DNA of 64,000 nucleotides from assembly GCA_964016885.1 (NCBI GenBank), contig OZ024752.1, positions 22,630,001 through 22,694,000 on the forward strand, given 5' to 3'. The notes under the pieces are model-generated. The model saw only the letters and a list, made by a program, of their open reading frames with translations. It ran no database searches and was not told where the DNA came from. Of the stretch, positions 55,757 to 64,000 are shown piece by piece. A program made the translations under genes and the position numbers. This DNA is from Eledone cirrhosa. Lineage: Eukaryota. Numbering within the stretch: position 1 is the first letter of the stretch; each line of letters opens with the position of its first letter.

Positions 55757-56866
55757 TATATTTAGTTTGTTTTATATTTATATGAGAACTAGCCGATAAA
55801 TCTTTTGATTCCTAAATCTTTGATTCCCTCTTTTTACTGTTTATTTTATTGTATTTATTTTTATTTTTATTTTTTTTTTTTTTTTTTTTATCTAAACATT
55901 CCTCATGAAAAATTAAGCTACCCTAAAAGCCGATGCTCCAAATTTTATGAATTAACCTTACACTTGATAAACTTATATATTAAATATAGGAACATATGTA
56001 GACATTATTGGACATCATAATCTTTTTTTTTTTGCGATATTCCTTGCTAGGTGTGATTTGATAGATAATTTTTGGCTTTGTCTTGTAGTGAACTTGGCAA
56101 TATATTGTCAATTAACCTTGAAGGGTTGTTCTTTGTGGTTTATTTTTTATTTTCATTTTTATTTTTATTTTTATTTTTATTTTTATTTTTATTCTTTTAG
56201 TATTGTAGTATTCTATAATATTTTTATATTTTTATATTTTTATTTTATTTTTTATTTTATTTTATTTTTATTTTTAATATTTTTATATGTAAAGTTTTAA
56301 TACGTAATATTTTTAATACGTAGTATTTTTAATATGCAATATTTTTATTATGTAATATTCTTTCGTAATATTCTTTTTTAGTTTTCTATTCTATATTTTT
56401 ATATTTTTATATATTTTTATATATTTTTACTTATTATCATTATCTCTGCTTATAATATAATATATATTTTCGATTAGTATATTGAAATCTGCTCTCTATT
56501 TCTGCTTGATAGATAATCTTGTAGAGTAATCGCAAGAATAATAATACGCTCAAATGTTTATACCACATTGAGAATGTTTTCCGGTAACTTTGAATTTGCG
56601 GAGTGAATCAGTTGGATTCACATAGACATATGAATTTTTTTTTTTTTTTTTAAAAACTAAACATAAGATAATGAATTTTCACGCATTGTGAATACTTGTT
56701 TCATTCAGGAATACTGATATTTACAATATAGTGTAAGTTTTATAAATACTAATACATTAAAACATAGGGTTTTCTACGCCTCGAATATGTCTGGCTATTT
56801 TTTAAATTTTTCTCTCTCTATATCTCTCTATATCTCTCTATATCTCCCTTACATTAATACTTGAGC

Positions 56867-56901
<35 letters not shown>

Positions 56902-57455
56902 ATGCATCATTGATACACTTACTCAAAATGACCTCCCACTACCTAATTTTTCTATATCTATATTTATATATGTATCTATCTCTATTTCCTCTCTCTCTAT
57001 ATATATATATATATCTCTTTCGGTCTCTTTACATGAAGCTCTTCGCTTTATCTATTTTTTCCATCTCTCTATTTTGTCCCATGCATTTCTTCTTTTTCTT
57101 CTTTTTCTTCGTTTCGTCTTTCTTTCTTTCTTATTTCCCTCTTTTCTCTCTCTCTTTCTTTCTCTCTGTATTTTCACTGCTAGAGTGAACCTCTTCAAAT
57201 GAAGTTGATGTTTATTACGGTATGTCGAATATATTTATCTATAAAACTGTTTATATTGTATTTTGTCTGATGAAGGCATAGCATATTGTTAATATGATAT
57301 CCCCGAAATATATATAATGAAATAAATATGGTTTTATAAATATAGTTTTCCATTTATGTAATATTGTAAATATACTCCAAGTATTTGTCGAGTGCTTTTA
57401 TATCAGTTATAAATATTTACTAGTTGTAACCCAACAATTTTAAATATAACCTTAC
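54700..57455 (+). mobile_element. 5'-truncated Naiad-like PLE (RT thumb, GIY-YIG, long 3'UTR/pLTR; hammerhead 57259-57324)
   Basis: Near-identical to 8697-11037; flanked by (TA)n. Confidence 0.93.
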
Positions 57456-57469
57456 ATGTATATATATAC

Positions 57470-57526
<57 letters not shown>

Positions 57527-57539
57527 TACATATATATAC

Positions 57540-57570
<31 letters not shown>

Positions 57571-57693
57571 CATACATATATATATATACATACATATATA
57601 TATATACATACATATATATATATATACATACATATATATATACATACATATATATATATACATACATATATATATATATACATACATATATAT

Positions 57694-57746
<53 letters not shown>

Positions 57747-58060
57747 CATACATATATATATATACATACATATATATATATACATACATACATATATATA
57801 TATATATACATACATATATATATATATACATACATATATATATATATACATACATATATATATATATACATACATATATATATATATACATACATATATA
57901 TATATATATACATACATATATATATATATATACATACATATATATATATATATACATACATATATATATATATATACATACATATATATATATATATATA
58001 CATACATACATATATATATACATACATATATATATACATACATATATATATACATACATA

Positions 58061-60755
58061 CCCCAAACGCCTGTACCATGCTTCAAGGAATGCCTCAACA
58101 GCATAAAGTGTTTCATCCAAGAGTGTCACCCTGACAACATCTTAATGATGGGGGACTTCAACCTCCCCGGAGTTGACTGGTCCACAAACAGCCTGCCACC
58201 AGGTTCTTCTGCCTCAACCTCTGACAGGGAAGCTGTGGAATCGCTTCTTGACTTCATGGATGATTTCTTCCTATCCCAACTGGTGCTCGAACCAACGAGG
58301 TGCCACAAAAACGTCCTAGACTTAATTTTCAGCAATCACACTGACAATATCCACAATATTGCAGTGGAGAAAACTCTACTCTCTGATCATGACATGGTTC
58401 TCTGTGATCTGAGATTCCACCGTCCAATATACAAACCCAATGTCATCTCTCCTGTCCATCCGTTTGACGCTATGGATTTCCACAATCCAAACTGGGAAGC
58501 GATCAGTCATGATCTTGCACATGTCGACTGGTCCTTCACGCACACTCATACACCCACTAACATCAAAAAGTCCTGGCAGACATTTGTGGACACTGTTACA
58601 AACATATGTGCTAAACACACCCCATTAAGAACTATAAACAAATCTAAGAGCAGAATCCCTAGAAATAGAAAAACGCTCATCAGAAAAATTAAGAGAACGA
58701 ACAAAAAAATCAACAAGCTGAAATACTGTCAGCAGCAACACATCAACTTGACTGCCATTTCATCACTAGAGATTAAAAAACATAACCTCCAAAACAACAT
58801 AATGTCCCTCATCAACAATCAGAGAAGAGCTGAAGAGGCCTGGGCCATTGAGAAGATCAAACTCAATCCCAAAGTGTTCTTTTCATTTGCAAAAAAACAC
58901 AAAATCACTGGCTCTACTGTTGGCCCTCTAATTGATGAAAATGGCACTCTTCAAGACAATGCTAAAACCATGGGTGAGATACTGCAGAAACAATACTGCT
59001 CTGTTTTCAGCAATCCTGATATGGCCGATCTGGGCTGTATCGGCAATGTTACTCCCCATTACACCTTATCGGACATAACGTTTGGCGCCCCTGATGTCTT
59101 GGCGGCAATAAAGGAAATCAAGCATAATTCAGCAGTAGGTCCCGATAGGTTCCCTGCTTGTGTCTTGAAGGCGTGTCAACACCAACTTGCATCTCCTCTT
59201 GCCAATCTGTGGCGGAACTCACTGGATGCTGGATATGTGCCAGAAAACCTTCTATCCCAGTCTGTTGTCCCAGTTTTCAAAAAGGGAAACAGATCCCTTG
59301 CCGTGAATTACCGTCCAATCTCACTCACCTCTCATATCATTAAGGTATTTGAGCGAGTGGTGAGATCGCGAATGACCCACTTCCTTGAGAGTAACAATAT
59401 GCTGAACTCCAACCAGCATGGATTCCGTAATGGAAGGGATTGCCTGACGCAGCTACTGCATCACTTTGATGACATTTTGAGAGCCTTGGGAGAGGGTTCC
59501 AACACTGATGTTATCTACCTTGATTTCAGCAAGGCCTTTGACAGGGTTGATCATAACATTCTACTGAGAAAGCTGTCCAATATTGGTGTCACTGGAAAGC
59601 TGCTGCAGTGGATCAAGAGCTTCCTGTCAAACAGAACCCAACATGTTGTAGTTGAGGGAGTCAAATCAAGCCCAGCCAAAGTCAGTAGTGGGGTCCCACA
59701 AGGCACTGTGTTGGGCCCACTTCTCTTCATCATCTATATTAATGACATCACTGACATCATCAAACACAGCAACATTAAAATTTTCGCTGATGATTCCAAG
59801 CTCCAAAAGGTCATCAATGGCGTGGATGACCGGATAAGCCTTCAGTCAGACCTACTGGCTGTTACCCAATGGGCAGAAAAGAACAACATGTTACTGAACG
59901 AAGACAAATTCGAACTGATCCACTTTGGAAAAGAGGATGCTCTGAAACTCCCGTACTCCCTTCCCTCCGGGGAAACTCTCGTGGCATCTAACAACATCAG
60001 AGACTTGGGAGTAACCGTGGACAGCAACATAAGCTGGACCACGCATATAAGCAGCAAAGTTGACATGGCCCGCAGAATGTGTTCCTGGATCCTCAGAACC
60101 TTCCAGTCGAGAGATTCCCGCACCATTATCCTTCTCTTCTCTACTTTCGCCCGACCACACCTTGAATACTGTTGTCCACTGTGGTCTCCCCACACGAAAC
60201 AAAGTATCATGAAACTTGAAGCTCCTCAAAGGGCAATCACGAAAAAGATAGATGGCATGTCAGACCTTGACTACTGGGGTCGATTGGAAAACCTGAAACT
60301 TTACTCACCCCAACGTCGCCGTGAGCGTTATATTATCTGCATGATGTGGAAAATGTTCCATCATCACTGCCCAAATGATGTTGGCATCGCCTTAGAGATA
60401 CACCCAAGGCTTGGGCCCCGTGCTATCCGTCCCATTCAAAAATCTAAATCGCAACTCATAACAACAATACGGCACAATTATTTCACCTCAATCGGCCCTG
60501 CTCTCTTCAACATCACACCAGGACACGTCAAAACAGAAACTGACCACACGAAATTCAAGAAGTCTTTGGACAAATTCCTCCAAGTAATCCTGGACAAACC
60601 ACCCACACCCGGATATGTCTCCGCAAACAGTAATTCTCTTCTCGAATGGGCCATGGTGCCCAAATCCTGAATTGAAAGACTTCGCCAGGTGGTGCTATTA
60701 AGTTAGACATGGCCTGGGCCAATACTGGCCAAAACATTTCAAAGTTATTCAAAGT
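58061..60755 (+). mobile_element. 5'-truncated CR1/L2-group LINE
   Basis: 841-aa uninterrupted ORF; short 3'UTR abutting (TA)n. Confidence 0.92.
58145..60670 (+). CDS. LINE ORF2: C-terminal half of APE (GDFN, SDH) and reverse transcriptase ([18 protein letters not shown])
   Basis: Motifs read directly; [14 protein letters not shown]-terminal signature of CR1-like ORF2. Confidence 0.93.
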   Translation: MMGDFNLPGVDWSTNSLPPGSSASTSDREAVESLLDFMDDFFLSQLVLEPTRCHKNVLDLIFSNHTDNIHNIAVEKTLLSDHDMVLCDLRFHRPIYKPNVISPVHPFDAMDFHNPNWEAISHDLAHVDWSFTHTHTPTNIKKSWQTFVDTVTNICAKHTPLRTINKSKSRIPRNRKTLIRKIKRTNKKINKLKYCQQQHINLTAISSLEIKKHNLQNNIMSLINNQRRAEEAWAIEKIKLNPKVFFSFAKKHKITGSTVGPLIDENGTLQDNAKTMGEILQKQYCSVFSNPDMADLGCIGNVTPHYTLSDITFGAPDVLAAIKEIKHNSAVGPDRFPACVLKACQHQLASPLANLWRNSLDAGYVPENLLSQSVVPVFKKGNRSLAVNYRPISLTSHIIKVFERVVRSRMTHFLESNNMLNSNQHGFRNGRDCLTQLLHHFDDILRALGEGSNTDVIYLDFSKAFDRVDHNILLRKLSNIGVTGKLLQWIKSFLSNRTQHVVVEGVKSSPAKVSSGVPQGTVLGPLLFIIYINDITDIIKHSNIKIFADDSKLQKVINGVDDRISLQSDLLAVTQWAEKNNMLLNEDKFELIHFGKEDALKLPYSLPSGETLVASNNIRDLGVTVDSNISWTTHISSKVDMARRMCSWILRTFQSRDSRTIILLFSTFARPHLEYCCPLWSPHTKQSIMKLEAPQRAITKKIDGMSDLDYWGRLENLKLYSPQRRRERYIICMMWKMFHHHCPNDVGIALEIHPRLGPRAIRPIQKSKSQLITTIRHNYFTSIGPALFNITPGHVKTETDHTKFKKSLDKFLQVILDKPPTPGYVSANSNSLLEWAMVPKS

Positions 60756-60796
60756 TATATATATACAGACATATATATATATATATATATACATAC

Positions 60797-60827
<31 letters not shown>

Positions 60828-60865
60828 CATACATATATATATACATATATATATATACAAATATA

Positions 60866-60911
<46 letters not shown>

Positions 60912-60941
<30 letters not shown>

Positions 60942-63592
60942 ACGTTTAACGTCCGTGTTCCACGCTTGCATGGGTTTGGACGGGGGTAGTCCCACTTGAG
61001 GCAAGAGTGATTGTCTTGCTCGCATAGGACTGTCTGGCAGGTTTTCTACAGTTGGATGCCCTTCCTAACACCAACCACATTTACAGTGTGGGTCTGGGAG
61101 GTTTTTACCGTGTTGCCTACACGGCCACATTACAGCGTGGACTGTGTGTTTTTTTGTCGTGACACCTACACGATCTCATTCGTTTCGGCCTGGATGGCGC
61201 GGCACCAACATAACTTTACATAGAACGGGGTGGTGTGGATGGGGTGGGGGTGGTGGCGGGACGGGGTGTATTTTGTTAGAGATGCCTACTGGCAAGGCGG
61301 GTCTTCTCTGTTACTGAGTACCGCCAAAGGTCTCGGTCCAGTGACATTGTCTTGGAGAGGTGTAAGTGTGTGAGGTCGGAGTTTATCAGCTCATCCCAGG
61401 TTTTTCTAGGTCTGCCTATTCCGTGGCTACCGTCTATCTTTATTGCCCTGCACTTTGTTATACAGCTATCGACTTTCATGCGCATCACGTGTCCATACCA
61501 ACGCAGCCTTCTCTCGAGTAAACAACATCTGATCCCTCTTATCTCTAATTTTTTCCTTAGTTCGTTTATGCTTTGCCGTTCACGTATATTACTGTTACAC
61601 ATCCAGCGGAGCATGCAAGCTTCGTTCCTCTCTAGTCTGCGTATATCCTCTGCACACAATGCCCAGGTCTCACTACCATGCAACATTGCTGTACGTATGC
61701 AGGCATCGTACAACCTGCCTTTCATTTTTAGGGAGAACCCTTTAGCAGCTAATAGTGGTATAAGCTCTCTGAACTTTTTCCAACCAGTTCTGACTCTAGC
61801 TACAGTACTTTCAGAGCACCCTCCCCCACTGCTGATTTTATCGCCCAGGTAACGGAAGCTGTCCACTATTTCTATAGAACCCTCTGCGCAATTGAAAGAG
61901 CTAGTATTTTGTGGGCACTTGCTGCTACTTATTGCACCAGAACACCGGCCACATGTAAAATCTATGTTCTTAGTTAGCTTACCTGTGATCCCACTACATC
62001 TTTTATGCACCCATACTTTGCATTTAGGACATAAAATGGAGTTTCTACCTACGCCTTTCCTACACACCGAGCACGACCATTTCCCAGAAGGGACCGCCGC
62101 CTTGTTTTCTTTCCTACAAACTAGAACTTTGGTCTTAGCCAGGTTAATTTTAAGTCCTTTTGACTCTAGGCCGTGCTTCCATATTTGGAATTTCTTCTCT
62201 AGCTCGGCCATTGATTCCGCTATGAGTGTCAGGTCGTCTGCATATAGGAGTTCCCATGGGCAGCCTGTCTTGAACTCCTCTGTTATAGCCTGAAGGGCAA
62301 TAATAAATAGTAGGGGGCTGAGAACAGAGCCCTGATGGACGCCAACTTTTACGCTAAACTCTTCACTATATTCGTTGTTAATTCTAACCTTGCTGACTGT
62401 TTCTTTATACATGGCTTGTATAGCCCTCACAAGCCATTCGTCAACGCCTAGTTTTCTAAGAGCCCACCAGATAATGGAGCGGGGGACTCTGTCGAAGGCT
62501 TTCTCCAGGTCGACAAAAGCTAAGTAGAGGGGTTTACCTTTAGCTAGGTACTTCTCCTGTAGTTGTCGTACTATGAAAAGAGCGTCTGTGGTGCTTTTGC
62601 CTGACACAAACCCGAACTGCATTTCATCTAGGTCAATTCTCTCTCTGATTAGTTGCGCTATTACTTTTTCCGTGACCTTCATGACCTGGTCGATTAATTT
62701 AATGCCTCTATAGTTACTCCTATCTAGGGCGTCTCCTTTACCCTTATAACAGTTAACGATGATGCTGCTATGCCAGTCCTTCGGAACAACCCCATTCTGT
62801 ACGACTTGGTTAACTATGCGGGTGACCATGGTGTGTCCCACCGTGCCAGATGCCTTCAGCATCTCAGCAACTATTTCCGAAGGCCCAGCCGCCTTACCCG
62901 TCTTCATATCCTTGATTGCCTTACTTATTATACTCCCCTCGACTAACACTGCTGGTCCCTCTATCGGGTCGATATGGGGGAGACTGTCTTTCTCCCATTT
63001 ATTCTCCTCATTTAGTAGCCTTTCATAGTGACACTTCCAAGCTACCTTCTTATCAGTGTCGGTGATGGCAAGTATGCCATCATCGTTAAGTACACACTTC
63101 TCCCCGACAATATCACGGTTTTCCTTGACGCATTGCCTGGCAATCCTGAACACCTCACGTTTTTGGTCATCGCGTTTTTGGTCATCGCGTTGTAGAACAT
63201 GCTTGAACTTTCTTTCCTCAGCTTCCCTTCTTGCTAAGTACACTTCTCTCCTAGCTTCCCTCCTGGCCACTTGATAGTCTACTCTACTTCCCCCATCCCG
63301 CCATACTTTCCAAGCCTGCTTTTTGGCCTTAATTGACCCCTCCACCCTACTGTTCCACCACCATGTTACTCTCCTCCTGCCTACAGGCCTGCTCCAGCCA
63401 CAGACTTCGTCTGTCGCCAACAGAAATTCCCACTGTCCCTCTATATTGTCCGATTCTAGATGCTCTTCCTTACTGTCGAAAGCATCAAGTAATATGCTTT
63501 GAAATTTATTTCTGGCTGTGGGGTCCTTTAGTTTCCATATTTTCCTCCTGAGGATAGTCCTCTTCTGCTGTCGAGTACATCTCGTCCTGACT
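60912..63592 (-). mobile_element. Young 5'-truncated RTE LINE
   Basis: (GAT)n tail and an uninterrupted ORF. Confidence 0.95.
61276..63592 (-). CDS. RTE reverse transcriptase and PHD finger (endonuclease lost by truncation)
   Basis: AFVDLEKAFD, GVHQGS, LYADD; C4HC3 at ~61942-62079. Confidence 0.92.
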
Positions 63593-63610
63593 ATACATAT
63601 ATACATATAT

Positions 63611-64000
63611 ACTTGCCATCACCGACACTGATAAGAAGGTAGCTTGGAAGTGTCACTATGAAAGGCTACTAAATGAGGAGAATAAATGGGAGAAAGACAG
63701 TCTCCCCCATATCGACCCAATAGAGGGACCAGCAGTGTTAGTCGAGGGGAGTATAATAAGTAAGGCAATCAAGGATATGAAGACGGGTAAGGCGGCTGGG
63801 CCTTCGGAAATAGTTGCTGAGATGCTGAAGGCATCTGGCACGGTGGGACACACCATGGTCACCCGCATAGTTAACCAAGTCGTACAGAATGGGGTTGTTC
63901 CGAAGGACTGGCATAGCAGCATCATCGTTAACTGTTATAAGGGTAAAGGAGATGCCCTAGATAGGAGTAACTATAGAGGCATTAAATTAATCGACCAGGT
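63611..64000 (+). mobile_element. Inverted duplicate of RTE RT region; runs off the window
   Basis: Reverse complement of 62684-63073 with isolated substitutions. Confidence 0.93.

Noticed and set aside
54700-57455. Selenoprotein recoding, as reported for some Naiad PLEs
   Set aside because: The ORF is open with Cys at the conserved positions and has no in-frame TGA; I could not identify a SECIS by eye.

Overview
Eukaryotic, AT-rich, almost entirely repeat-derived DNA. The SINE and MITE families resemble those I recognise from octopus/cephalopod genomes (inference). No intact host gene is visible; one candidate 29-bp micro-exon (30957-30985) suggests the window may be intronic. Contents: (i) about 20 copies or fragments of RTE-clade LINEs with (GAT)n tails and a PHD-type C4HC3 finger, one copy only a 2-bp deletion away from a full ORF; (ii) Penelope-like elements (PLEs) of a Neptune-like and a Naiad-like type; (iii) a CR1/L2-group LINE; (iv) tRNA-derived SINEs, one sharing its 3' tail with the RTE here; (v) long (TA)n microsatellites that nearly every insertion abuts. 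The main non-obvious result is that four unrelated non-coding repeat families (310, 467, ~560 and 994 bp units) carry a type I hammerhead ribozyme with a palindromic stem III: one per unit in the first three, and in the only complete unit of the 994-bp family. They are retrozyme-like arrays next to the PLEs that could mobilise them. A bulged hairpin (ACUC-CA...UG-UY-GAGU) recurs about 50-65 nt upstream of the 3' end in several families. Many insertions occur as head-to-head inverted pairs. All RNA structures were read by eye and none was computed.
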